Below, in pieces: positions 1 through 8,879 of a DNA stretch of 42,120 nt. This DNA is from an uncultured Clostridia bacterium (lineage in GTDB: Bacteria; Bacillota; Clostridia; TANB77; CAG-508), in the NCBI GenBank assembly GCA_944386145.1, contig CALWZZ010000001.1, positions 1 to 42,120 of the forward strand. The letters are read 5' to 3'. The notes beneath the pieces are model-generated. The model saw nothing but the letters and a program-made list of their open reading frames with translations, was not told where the DNA came from and searched no databases. The number at the start of each line of letters is the position of its first letter. Position 1 is the stretch's first letter. A program made the position numbers and the translations under genes.

Positions 1-140
1 AAATTGTTATCTTATCAAGTGGAAAAGTCGCGGTGCGCCAGCGATTTTACACTTGATAAGATTATAATTTGTTTATTCTGTAATGTTAGCCATTTAATGA
101 ATAAAATATTTATATATTACTGGTTTCTGATTTTACTTGA
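1..140. repeat. Window-truncated copy of a long AT-rich palindromic intergenic element, homologous to 21541-21736
   Basis: Positions 1-22 and 71-108 align by eye to 21603-21624 (19/22 matches) and 21676-21713 (31/38 matches). A 13-bp perfect inner stem (9-21 with 50-62) surrounds a GC-rich apex, gtcgcggtgcgccagcgat. The element lies just 3' of the last minus-strand GT2 gene (stop at 174). The left outer arm would lie upstream of the window. Confidence 0.6.
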
Positions 141-173
141 TATTTAAACTGTTAATTGTAACAAATTTTTTAA

Positions 174-1115
174 TTATTTTTCATCTTTCTCTGTTTCCTT
201 TATGATATAAATCGGTCTATTTTTCACTTCAAGATATGTCTTAGACAAATACTGTCCAATAATTCCCAAAGAAAATAATTGTATACCACTAACAAAAAAC
301 ATAATACATACCATAGAAGGCCAACCAGAAGTTGGGTCTCCATAAACCAAAGTCTTTATAATAATAACCAATATCAACACAAAAGCTACCAAACAAAATA
401 GTAAACCTATAACAGAAGATATGATTAATGGTGTTGTAGAAAATGCAGTAATACCCTCTATGGCATATTTAAACAATTTCCAAAATGACCATTTGGTTTC
501 TCCTGCAACTCTTTCGATATTTTCATATTCTAACCATTTGGTTTTAAATCCTACAAAGCTAAAAATACCTTTTGAGTAACGATTATATTCTTTTACAGAA
601 ATAATAGCTTGTACCATTTGTCTTGTCATTAATCGATAATCTCTTGCACCATCTACCATTTCTACATTTGACATTTTATTAATTAATTTATAGAAAATCC
701 TTGCAAAAAAGCTTCGAATTGGTGGTTCTCCTTTTCTGGTTACCCTTCTTGTTCCTACACAATCATATCCTTCATTTTTTATGCAATCATACATTTGTCT
801 TAGCAAAGCTGGTGGGTCTTGTAAATCGGCATCCATTAAGGTAATATAGTCTCCTTCTGCATGTTCTAGACCTGCAAGCATAGCAGCTTCTTTTCCAAAA
901 TTTCTTGAAAATGAAATATAACGTACTTTTCCATCTTTTTGTCTTAATTCTTTGATTTCTTCCAGTGTTTTGTCTTTTGAACCATCATTTACAAAAATAT
1001 ATTCAAATTCTGTTTCCGCAAAGTCTTGTTTTCTCACACGTTCCATTTCTTCATAGAATAATGGTATACTTTCTTCTTCGTTATAACAAGATATAATTAC
1101 AGATATTTTGTCCAT
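174..1115 (-). CDS. GT2 polyprenyl-phosphate glycosyltransferase, GtrB/CsbB-like, with C-terminal TM helices
   Basis: The N-terminus, MDKISVIISCYNEE...NDGSKD...DADLQDPP, is the classic GT2 DXD region, and there are two C-terminal hydrophobic helices. I prefer the ATG at 1115. The ORF track's TTG at 1127 would overlap the upstream stop. Confidence 0.8.
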   Translation of the reverse strand: MDKISVIISCYNEEESIPLFYEEMERVRKQDFAETEFEYIFVNDGSKDKTLEEIKELRQKDGKVRYISFSRNFGKEAAMLAGLEHAEGDYITLMDADLQDPPALLRQMYDCIKNEGYDCVGTRRVTRKGEPPIRSFFARIFYKLINKMSNVEMVDGARDYRLMTRQMVQAIISVKEYNRYSKGIFSFVGFKTKWLEYENIERVAGETKWSFWKLFKYAIEGITAFSTTPLIISSVIGLLFCLVAFVLILVIIIKTLVYGDPTSGWPSMVCIMFFVSGIQLFSLGIIGQYLSKTYLEVKNRPIYIIKETEKDEK

Positions 1116-1116
1116 T

Positions 1117-2079
1117 TTACTTTTCAACCTCTTCTTCCTCTATATTAATTGTCTTGTCAACAATATATTGTGGTCTTCTTTTTGACTCATCATATATTTT
1201 TCCTATATATTCTGCAATAATCCATATAGATAATAATTGTACCCCCGCAAAAAAGGTAATTGCTACCATAATAGATGTCCATCCAGCAGATAAATTATTT
1301 AATTGAAATACATAAGATATTATTGCATATATTAATAAGATAAAGGATATTACGATAGAAATAATCCCTAAAATTCCTACTAATTTTAGTGGTTTGGTAG
1401 AAAAACCAATAATTCCATCAGATGCAAGTTTTAACATCTTTTTCAATGGATATTTTGTTTTTCCAGCAAATCGTTCTTGTCTTTCATATTCAAAAGCTTT
1501 TTGTTTATATCCTACCCAACTAAATAATCCTCTTAAAAATTTGTTATGTTCTGGCATTTGATTAATCGTATCTACTACTTTTCTATCTACTAATCGAAAG
1601 TCTCCTGTATCTTTTGGGATTTCTACATCTGATAAAGCATTTAGTGTTTTATAAAACATTTTTGCTGTAAATAATTTAAAGGCAGATTCTCCTTTTCTAG
1701 TTTTTCTTTTACCATAAATAACTTCATTGCCATCTTCCCATAGCTTTATCATATCTTTAATAAGTTCTGGTGGGTCTTGTAAATCAGCGTCAATAATAAC
1801 AATTGCGTCTCCTGTTACATATTTTAGCCCTGCTGTAACAGCTGCTTGATGTCCAAAATTTCTTGAAAACGAAATTACTTTTAAAGATTTATCATTTTGG
1901 GCTATTTTTTCTAGAAGTGGTAGGGTTTCATCTGTGCTTCCATCATTTACCACAATTATTTCATGGTCATATTGTGATAAGTCATTTAATACATTTTTTA
2001 CTCTTTTATAACATTCTTCTACAACTTTTTCTTCATAATACATTGGTATAACAAATGATATTTTTTTCTTTGTTTCCAT
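1117..2079 (-). CDS. Second GT2 polyprenyl-phosphate glycosyltransferase, GtrB/CsbB-like paralog
   Basis: It has ISFVIPMYYEE...VNDGSTD...DADLQDPP and two C-terminal TM helices. It is clearly paralogous to 174-1115. The start is ambiguous: GTG at 2088 lies 2 nt after AGGAG, and ATG at 2079 lies 11 nt after it. Confidence 0.8.
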   Translation of the reverse strand: METKKKISFVIPMYYEEKVVEECYKRVKNVLNDLSQYDHEIIVVNDGSTDETLPLLEKIAQNDKSLKVISFSRNFGHQAAVTAGLKYVTGDAIVIIDADLQDPPELIKDMIKLWEDGNEVIYGKRKTRKGESAFKLFTAKMFYKTLNALSDVEIPKDTGDFRLVDRKVVDTINQMPEHNKFLRGLFSWVGYKQKAFEYERQERFAGKTKYPLKKMLKLASDGIIGFSTKPLKLVGILGIISIVISFILLIYAIISYVFQLNNLSAGWTSIMVAITFFAGVQLLSIWIIAEYIGKIYDESKRRPQYIVDKTINIEEEEVEK

Positions 2080-2096
2080 TATTTTCACATCTCCTA

Positions 2097-2522
2097 TTAT
2101 TTCTTTTTAAATACAAATAATTTACTAAATATATAATTTGCAATAACAATTAGTACATTTGAAACTAATTTCATAATCACATCATTTAAGTGTAAAACAT
2201 CTACAAATAGGTACATAAATCCCATATCTAGAAATAGGGATAAAATTCTAAATCCAAAGAAAGAAAACATTTCTTTGAAAAATTCTTTTTTGCTTAATCC
2301 TTTTGTTTGAAATACAAATAGTTTATTCGTTACATAGGCAAATAGAATAGATATAATTTGTGCAACAACTGTACTTACCATATAATCAACATTACATACT
2401 TTTGCTAATATAAGATATGATACATAATTAACAACCGTTGTTAATACACCAAATATTAGATAATTAATAATTTCTTTATATTTGTTCCATAGTGCTTTTA
2501 TTGTTTCCATTTTTGCTTTCAT
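2097..2522 (-). CDS. GtrA-family small membrane protein, a candidate lipid-linked sugar flippase
   Basis: The protein is 141 aa with 4 predicted TM segments and a typical GtrA-like N-terminus (YLIFGVLTTVVNY). It sits between the GtrB-like and GT-C-like genes. An AAGGAGGA RBS lies directly upstream. Confidence 0.75.
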   Translation of the reverse strand: MKAKMETIKALWNKYKEIINYLIFGVLTTVVNYVSYLILAKVCNVDYMVSTVVAQIISILFAYVTNKLFVFQTKGLSKKEFFKEMFSFFGFRILSLFLDMGFMYLFVDVLHLNDVIMKLVSNVLIVIANYIFSKLFVFKKK

Positions 2523-4134
2523 ATCCTCCTTGTATTTTTTTCTTTTTTCTTTTTGACAAATTATAACATTGTTTTCTTATTTTTTCAAATGTGAATTGTA
2601 AACCATTTGCCGCATATGGTAATAACAATATATAAAATGTTAGAACATAATAGACTTTTGTTTCCCAGAACAAATGAAAAATAAATCCGCCAATTACCAT
2701 TAAAATTAAACTTACTTTTTCTATCGTTGGTTTTTTGAATTCCACTATTAAGCCAATTCCTGCCATTATATATAATACAATTTGATAAATATTATTATAT
2801 TCTAAATATACTGTTGATAATTTTCCATCAAAAAAGCTAATTAATACTTTATTACTTTTCATACTTTCTGGTGCTTTTTCAAAATTTTCTGCTGGTTCAT
2901 TTACCCAAATCGTTTGAAAAGTAGGTTCTAACCATGTTGTTTCAATTTTTTCTATCAGTATATTAACAGCTTCTGAAGGATTATTGGCATATTCTTGTAA
3001 AAGTTCTTTTAGTACTTCTATACTTTGTTTAGAAGCCTCTTCTGTATCTTCATTTGCTTCTTGGTATATCTTAAGGGTACTGCCATCATACCAGCCTGCC
3101 ATTTTATAGCCATCACCTTTTCGTAATCCCATTTGTAAATATGAAACCATTGGTATTCCATCTGCTACTTCTATACCTGTTCGCTGTTCTGTATAGAAAT
3201 AAACTAGTTTACTAAATAGAACCATACAAAGTGCGGATAATACAATTCCTATAAAAATTTTTTTGTCTCTCTTTTCAATAAAGTCTAATATCCATAAAAT
3301 AACCATTCCAACAAAAAATATTTGATAATTTTTCTTTAGCAATACAGAAATTCCTATACTAATACTAGCAATTATTAAGTATTTTATTTTCCTTTGTTCT
3401 CTATATAAACAAATTTGATAAACAGCAATTAATGCAAACAATAACCCTATGATATTGCCATATATAAAGGTAGAAAAGAAAATGATCGGCAAAAATCCTA
3501 GCATAAGTATGCAAAAAATCTTATTCACTTCTTGATTTTGAAACATCTTTTTCGTGAAATTATATAATAATTGCACAATGCCACCTATACAAAGAACATT
3601 TACCATTTGCATAATCATTACATTTTCGCCTAATAATCTAAATAAAATTTCTGTAAGATAAATATATCCTAGTTGAAATGGATACCAATGTAAATATCCA
3701 CCTGGCTCTAAAGAATCATAATTTCCTTTTATAAATTCTGAAGCCAAATATGTCATCATTTCTTGGTCAGCTTTTGGTATAATCTTTGCCCAATAAATAA
3801 ATATAGCAGATAATACCATCATTGCAACTACTGTAAATACACAAAGCATTTCGCTTGATATATGTTTTAATAATTTTTTTACAAGGTATACAACCACTAG
3901 AAATATAATGACACCTAATCCATTTGTTAAAAAGTTATCTATACGAATACTCATAAATTCCCAATACTGAAAATATAGTCCAGCAAAATAAAATGTAATA
4001 ATAAATGCTGCTATTCCTAACCCAATCGTTATACATATACCTATAAAATAACAAAATTGTATTAATATATTTTCTATTTTGCTTGTTTTTTCTATTTTCA
4101 TTATCGCTTGTTTTTCAGTAATTTCTTCTTGCAT
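2476..4134 (-). CDS. Polytopic GT-C-type glycosyltransferase (ArnT/PMT_2/YkcB-like)
   Basis: The protein is about 550 aa with a multi-TM N-terminal two thirds and a soluble extracytoplasmic segment (GIEVADGIPMVSYLQMGLRKGDGYKMAGWYDG...). I set the start at the ATG at 4134 (MQEEITEKQ) because a GAGGGGA RBS lies 9 nt upstream. The 3' end overlaps the gtrA-like start by 47 nt. Confidence 0.65.
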   Translation of the reverse strand: MQEEITEKQAIMKIEKTSKIENILIQFCYFIGICITIGLGIAAFIITFYFAGLYFQYWEFMSIRIDNFLTNGLGVIIFLVVVYLVKKLLKHISSEMLCVFTVVAMMVLSAIFIYWAKIIPKADQEMMTYLASEFIKGNYDSLEPGGYLHWYPFQLGYIYLTEILFRLLGENVMIMQMVNVLCIGGIVQLLYNFTKKMFQNQEVNKIFCILMLGFLPIIFFSTFIYGNIIGLLFALIAVYQICLYREQRKIKYLIIASISIGISVLLKKNYQIFFVGMVILWILDFIEKRDKKIFIGIVLSALCMVLFSKLVYFYTEQRTGIEVADGIPMVSYLQMGLRKGDGYKMAGWYDGSTLKIYQEANEDTEEASKQSIEVLKELLQEYANNPSEAVNILIEKIETTWLEPTFQTIWVNEPAENFEKAPESMKSNKVLISFFDGKLSTVYLEYNNIYQIVLYIMAGIGLIVEFKKPTIEKVSLILMVIGGFIFHLFWETKVYYVLTFYILLLPYAANGLQFTFEKIRKQCYNLSKRKKKKIQGGYESKNGNNKSTMEQI

Positions 4135-4150
4135 ATTAAGCCATCCCCTC

Positions 4151-5752
4151 TTATTCCTCATAATTAATAACAAAGTCTTCTGGTAAGTTATAGTATTGTC
4201 TTATATAATATTTTATATAATCATTTCCTTCTGTGTATGGCTGTTCTCCGCTATATAAAATATTGGGTAATTGTTTTAATGTTACTTCTGTTACTTCTTC
4301 TCCATTGGCAATCTGTTCAGAAACTGCTCGTAACTTTTGGTCATTTTCCGTATTTACATGACTATTTTCATAATAGCCTTTTGTAATCGTTACCATATTT
4401 AGTAAACAAATTAATAAAAATGGTATCATCATACATGTTATGATTTGTTTTGTATCTTTTTCTTTATACATATCTCCAATAATTTTTAGTGCTATTAAAC
4501 AATATAGTATTTCAAATACAATACTTGAACGAGAAGCAAAATATGGTGCTACAATCATAACCCCTTGAGAAATAATTGCACAATAGAAGAGGTTAATCAG
4601 TCCTTCCGATTTTTGGTTCCATAAATACATGGTCACTGTATATGCAATAAAGAATAATTGTAGTAGCGTAAAGCCAATGGTAGCAATTAAAATCAATCTA
4701 TGTCCTTGTACCAATGAATATACATAACTAAAATATCCTTCTGTTCTTATAAACATTAGCATGGTTATTCCTGTTGTAGATAATAAACTTATATAATTTA
4801 TCCATTTATATCCATAATGTTTCCTAATATTTTGTACACTTGCTATCAATACAGTTGTAAAGAAGAAAAGTCCAAAAATTTTATTATTTTGTCCAAAATT
4901 ACCTTCAATGGTTGCTTGAATTCCGTCTATTGTCCTTTCTATCAATGGTTTTTGATAAAAATCAATACTTGTTGGATGTTCTTTTCTGACTTCATTTCCT
5001 GGTGCTAACATTAAAATTGCAAAACCAATAATCGCAACAACATTCATTGCTATATCTAACTTACTTACCTTTTTATTTCTTATTGCATTATACACTGTAT
5101 AGATTAGCACAAACATTAAGCTGGCAACACCTACCTGCTCTTGTGAAAAAGTTGCTAAAAAGATACAAATCCCCATAATAGCAATATAGAAAATATTTTT
5201 GGTTTTTGTATTTGTTTGTTCTCCTTTGATTTTGAACATATATACATATATATAAATAAATAAAAATAAAATTGGAATTACATATGACACTGCCGCACTA
5301 ATCCAAAAGATACCTGTTCGGAATGTCATAATTTCTATAATACCATATAATAACATGCATGTTAAAGCTAATTTCCATCTTTCAACTTTGTCTCCTAAAA
5401 GTTTGTTCATAATTTTATACATTACAAAAAAGATACCAAATATGGCAAGTGCTTGTACAATTCTGTAACCTGCAAGCCCTGTATATCCTAATAGGATAAT
5501 TTCAAATAAGTAATATAATACTCTTCCGCCCCATATTTGATAATGTCCACTTAAAAATTCAAAAACTTGTCCCAAAGAATAATTGGTTCCACTAACCCCA
5601 TCTACTAAATATGCATAACTTAGTGATGCATATCCATAATCATCATGATACATATATAAAAATTGGTGTTGTATAATTAAAAAGACTATAAATATAATAG
5701 CAATTCCTGCAACAAGAATCGTATCTTTGTAGGCCTTCCAAATGTCTTTCAT
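4151..5752 (-). CDS. Large polytopic membrane protein of unknown function, possibly a second GT-C-like transferase or polymerase
   Basis: The protein is 533 aa with about 12 or more hydrophobic segments, an N-terminal YMYHDDYGYASLSY motif and a short soluble C-terminal tail. The glycopolymer locus context is the only functional clue. Confidence 0.45.
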   Translation of the reverse strand: MKDIWKAYKDTILVAGIAIIFIVFLIIQHQFLYMYHDDYGYASLSYAYLVDGVSGTNYSLGQVFEFLSGHYQIWGGRVLYYLFEIILLGYTGLAGYRIVQALAIFGIFFVMYKIMNKLLGDKVERWKLALTCMLLYGIIEIMTFRTGIFWISAAVSYVIPILFLFIYIYVYMFKIKGEQTNTKTKNIFYIAIMGICIFLATFSQEQVGVASLMFVLIYTVYNAIRNKKVSKLDIAMNVVAIIGFAILMLAPGNEVRKEHPTSIDFYQKPLIERTIDGIQATIEGNFGQNNKIFGLFFFTTVLIASVQNIRKHYGYKWINYISLLSTTGITMLMFIRTEGYFSYVYSLVQGHRLILIATIGFTLLQLFFIAYTVTMYLWNQKSEGLINLFYCAIISQGVMIVAPYFASRSSIVFEILYCLIALKIIGDMYKEKDTKQIITCMMIPFLLICLLNMVTITKGYYENSHVNTENDQKLRAVSEQIANGEEVTEVTLKQLPNILYSGEQPYTEGNDYIKYYIRQYYNLPEDFVINYEE

Positions 5753-5773
5753 ATTTTATCTCATTCCTTTCTT

Positions 5774-5811
5774 AAGGCACAAACCTGGTTGGAAAAGTAT
5801 TTTTCAACCTT
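5774..5811 (-). promoter_or_regulatory. Leader hairpin motif, copy 1 (AAGGTTGAAAA...TTTTCCAA...TTTGTGCCTT), just upstream of the RBS of 4151-5752
   Basis: The minus-strand reading is aaggttgaaaaatacttttccaaccaggtttgtgcctt. It shares an 11-mer and a 10-mer with 22507-22549. TTGAAAA and TTTTC(C)AA can pair. Confidence 0.45.
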
Positions 5812-5824
5812 GCTCCTCCTAAAT

Positions 5825-7789
5825 TCACTTCTCACTTTCTTTCTCCAATTGCCATGCTTTTATTAAAAAATCATAGCGCTTTTGAAATTCTTTTTTGTGC
5901 CATGCAGTAATACTTGTCAATTCTTCCATTCCTTTATGAATACGTTTAATTTCTTCTAAGTGTTTTTGCTTTTTCATCGTGCTTGTTATGTTATTTCCAT
6001 GAACACGATAATTGTTTAATGGTTTATTGACATAAGCAACATCTCCTAATGTCATTAAATGCGCATATAACACCCAATCTCCTGATTGTCGATATTGTAT
6101 GGCTTTATCAAAAAAGGTATCATAATTTCCTTTTCTAATTAATGCAGATGATACATTGGCAATTGTGCAATTTAAAAATGTATAATTATTTAATTCATCT
6201 GTTCCTTTATTGATAAAAGAATGTTTCCAATGGTTTGTTTTGCGGATATCAATTTCTGGTTCTATGGATTTTAAAAATATTTTTCCATCTTTATCTATAA
6301 AAGATGTATCTGCATAACTAATGACAATATCTTTATCTTTTTTTATATTTTTCACTAATGCTTTCATTAAATGTTTGTCACAATAATCATCTGCTTCTGC
6401 AATCCAAACATAATCTCCTTGGGTCAGGTTAAACCCTTTTTGCCATTGTTTAAAAGCAATTCCTGAATTTACTTTATTATATACTTTTCTAACGGGTATA
6501 TAATCTTTTATATTTTCTACAATGTCATCGATTAATTTTCGACTATTGTCTTTTGAACAGTCATCTAAAATAATCAACTCACTAATCTTTTCTGTTTGAT
6601 ATAATATGCTATATATTCGTTCTATTAAAAATTTTTCATAATTATAATTTGGAACAACTACAGATATATGCAGTTTGCTTTCTTTTTTTCTCTTTTGCTC
6701 TTTAGCTGCTTTTACCAAATCTTCCATTCCTAAATTTTCTTTTATGACACATTTTCCTTCTTTATCCATTATTTTTTTCTTAAACTTTACAATTTGTTTT
6801 CCAATTGTGATGATACAATTTATTAGTGTTGCTGATTTTAATCGTAATAGACCAATTACGAGTTTCCAGTAAATTCTTCCCCATCTTCCTCTTGTGTCTA
6901 AATACCTTTTGACACATGCTTGTTTTTCGATTTTGATATTTTGCTCTTTTTTTATAAAAAGTTTCAAATATTTTTGTCTATCCTTTATATTTTCTAGTGT
7001 TGTAATAACAAACACATATAACATTAAGATTTGATGGTATAAAATAATAGATTGATATGCTTGTACATCCTTTAAATCCTTAATTCTCTCAAATGTTAAT
7101 TCTACAGAATCAAAAATGTCAAATCGCTTTTCTGAAAATGTAGAATTTTGTATAGACGTATTTCTCTGTACATAATAATATGCCACTTCGTTTGTATATG
7201 CAAGCTTTTTGGCATGTAGCACAGCAGGAATCACAGAACAAATATCTTCGTTAATTTTTCCTTCTAAAAATAAATAATTTTCAATTAATGACTTTTTAAA
7301 TACTTTGTTACAAGCAGAAGCTGCTAATCCATTATCAATGGCTGCTTTTTTTATATCAGTTTCCTCTAGATTTATCCCTCTTTGTACAGTTCCTAATGGC
7401 TCTCCATTTTCATCCATTAATTGCATATCTGCAATTGCGATTTCTGCCTCGTTTTTCACTAGAACTTCCATTAATTTTTCATAATATTGTTTATCAATAT
7501 AATCATCAGAATCAATAAACCCTATATATTCACTATCTGCTAATTGAATTCCTCTGTTTCTGGTATATGCAAGACCTTTATTTTCTTCATTTTGATAAAC
7601 TGTCATTTTATCTGGATACTTGGTTTGTATATCTTTTATTTTTGAATATGTCTTATCTGTTGAACAATCATCTATTGCAATAATTTTTATTGGCTCATAT
7701 GTTTGTTCTAAAATACTGTTGATACTTTTTTCGACATATTTTTCAACATTATAGCAAGGTACAATAATTGTTAATTTTGGCTGTATCAT
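5825..7789 (-). CDS. Two-domain GT2 glycosyltransferase (GT2-A plus GT2-B fusion)
   Basis: The N-terminal domain reads LTIIVPCYNVEKYV...DDCSTD...DSDDYID. The second domain begins around aa 375 and reads HISVVVPNYNYEKF...LDDCSKD...AEADDYC. An AGGAG RBS lies upstream of the ATG at 7789. Confidence 0.85.
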   Translation of the reverse strand: MIQPKLTIIVPCYNVEKYVEKSINSILEQTYEPIKIIAIDDCSTDKTYSKIKDIQTKYPDKMTVYQNEENKGLAYTRNRGIQLADSEYIGFIDSDDYIDKQYYEKLMEVLVKNEAEIAIADMQLMDENGEPLGTVQRGINLEETDIKKAAIDNGLAASACNKVFKKSLIENYLFLEGKINEDICSVIPAVLHAKKLAYTNEVAYYYVQRNTSIQNSTFSEKRFDIFDSVELTFERIKDLKDVQAYQSIILYHQILMLYVFVITTLENIKDRQKYLKLFIKKEQNIKIEKQACVKRYLDTRGRWGRIYWKLVIGLLRLKSATLINCIITIGKQIVKFKKKIMDKEGKCVIKENLGMEDLVKAAKEQKRKKESKLHISVVVPNYNYEKFLIERIYSILYQTEKISELIILDDCSKDNSRKLIDDIVENIKDYIPVRKVYNKVNSGIAFKQWQKGFNLTQGDYVWIAEADDYCDKHLMKALVKNIKKDKDIVISYADTSFIDKDGKIFLKSIEPEIDIRKTNHWKHSFINKGTDELNNYTFLNCTIANVSSALIRKGNYDTFFDKAIQYRQSGDWVLYAHLMTLGDVAYVNKPLNNYRVHGNNITSTMKKQKHLEEIKRIHKGMEELTSITAWHKKEFQKRYDFLIKAWQLEKESEK

Positions 7790-7824
7790 TTTTTATCTCC
7801 TTTTTGTTCCCTTTTACTTTGAAC

Positions 7825-7853
7825 AGTATATCAAACTTGTATGTAAAAAGCAA
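7825..7853 (-). promoter_or_regulatory. Sigma-A-type promoter for 5825-7789
   Basis: The minus strand reads TTGCTT, a 17-nt spacer, then TATACT, in the divergent intergenic region. Confidence 0.5.
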
Positions 7854-7875
7854 TCGTATTATTTAAAAACTTTGA

Positions 7876-7904
7876 TTGACTACTTTTTTTTGCTATGTTA
7901 TAAT
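7876..7904 (+). promoter_or_regulatory. Sigma-A-type promoter with an extended -10 for the plus-strand GT2 pair
   Basis: The sequence is TTGACT, a 17-nt spacer containing a T8 run, then TGTTATAAT. The AAGGAG RBS and the ATG at 7935 follow about 30 nt downstream. Confidence 0.65.
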
Positions 7905-7934
7905 TTCTTTGATTTTAGAAAAAAGGAGCAAATT

Positions 7935-8879
7935 ATGTTGAATTTTAAGAACTTATTTAAAGAAAAAGTAAATATTTATAAAAATGTACCAAAAAAATTA
8001 GCTTTAGACAACCCTAAAAAAGTATCTGCGGTTATTCCAAACTACAATTATGCCAATTATATTATTGAGAGAATTGATTCTATTTTACAACAAACTTACC
8101 CAATTTATGAATTGGTTATTATTGATGATAAATCTACAGATAATAGTGTAGAGGTTATTGATAAAAAATTAAAAAAGGTGCAAAAAAAATATCCTGATTT
8201 GAAAGTGTCTTTTATTAAAAGAGATACCAATAGCGGAAATGTTTTCTGTGGTTGGCAAAATGCTTTTAAATATTCTACTGGGGACTTTTTATGGATTTGT
8301 GAGGCTGATGATAGTTGTTCTCCCCTATTTTTAGAAAATGTTATGAAAGGTTTTGACAATCCTAATACCATTTTATCTTATTGTGAATCATTAACTATGG
8401 ATGAGAATAATGTTATTTTAATGAAGGATTTACGTGAATGGATTGATATTTTCCAAACTGGCAAATGGAATGAAGATTATGATAATACAGGCGATATGGA
8501 ACTTGCAAGTACATTATGTATTAATAATACCATTGCTAATGTTTCTGGTGCTGTTTTTAGGAAATTACCTTCTGTAAATTTTGAAGAAATGTTAAAAACA
8601 GCTCAAACATTCCGATTGGCTGGTGACTGGTATTTCTATACAAAAGTATTAGAACATGGCGATATTCATTATTGCAAAACGTCTTTAAATTATCATCGTA
8701 TGCAAAGTAAATCTGTTACTTTAACAACTTCTGCCAAACAAGAATATGAGGAAATTTGTAGAATTCAAGATGATATTATGAAGAGAGTTACACTATCAGA
8801 AGAGGTAAAAGAACGTGTAATGAAAAGGAGAGCTGATAAGAGGAGGTGTTTTGAAATTGAAGAGCAAAACAACCAATAA
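7935..8879 (+). CDS. GT2 glycosyltransferase, paralog of the C-terminal domain of 5825-7789
   Basis: It has VSAVIPNYNYANYI...IDDKSTD...CEADDSC and TIANVSGAVFRK...AGDWYFY. These parallel LHISVVVPNYNYEKF...AEADDYC and TIANVSSALIRK...SGDWVLY in the fused protein. I chose the ATG at 7935 because an AAGGAG lies upstream, rather than the longer TTG ORF. Confidence 0.8.
   Translation: MLNFKNLFKEKVNIYKNVPKKLALDNPKKVSAVIPNYNYANYIIERIDSILQQTYPIYELVIIDDKSTDNSVEVIDKKLKKVQKKYPDLKVSFIKRDTNSGNVFCGWQNAFKYSTGDFLWICEADDSCSPLFLENVMKGFDNPNTILSYCESLTMDENNVILMKDLREWIDIFQTGKWNEDYDNTGDMELASTLCINNTIANVSGAVFRKLPSVNFEEMLKTAQTFRLAGDWYFYTKVLEHGDIHYCKTSLNYHRMQSKSVTLTTSAKQEYEEICRIQDDIMKRVTLSEEVKERVMKRRADKRRCFEIEEQNNQ

Noticed and set aside
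1121-1130. A third occurrence of AGGTTGAAAA (minus strand), at the junction of the two GtrB-like genes.
   Set aside because: Only the first 10-mer of the leader motif is present. It lies within coding sequence (…EEVEK*), and the TTTTCAA and TTTGTGCCTT parts are absent.
2476-2522. A 47-nt overlap between the ArnT-like gene's end and the gtrA-like start, with A5, A6 and A7 runs just upstream. One extra A would give a canonical ATGA stop/start overlap.
   Set aside because: The current reading is a legitimate overlap, and the lysine-rich tail is plausible. Without read data there is no basis for calling a frameshift.
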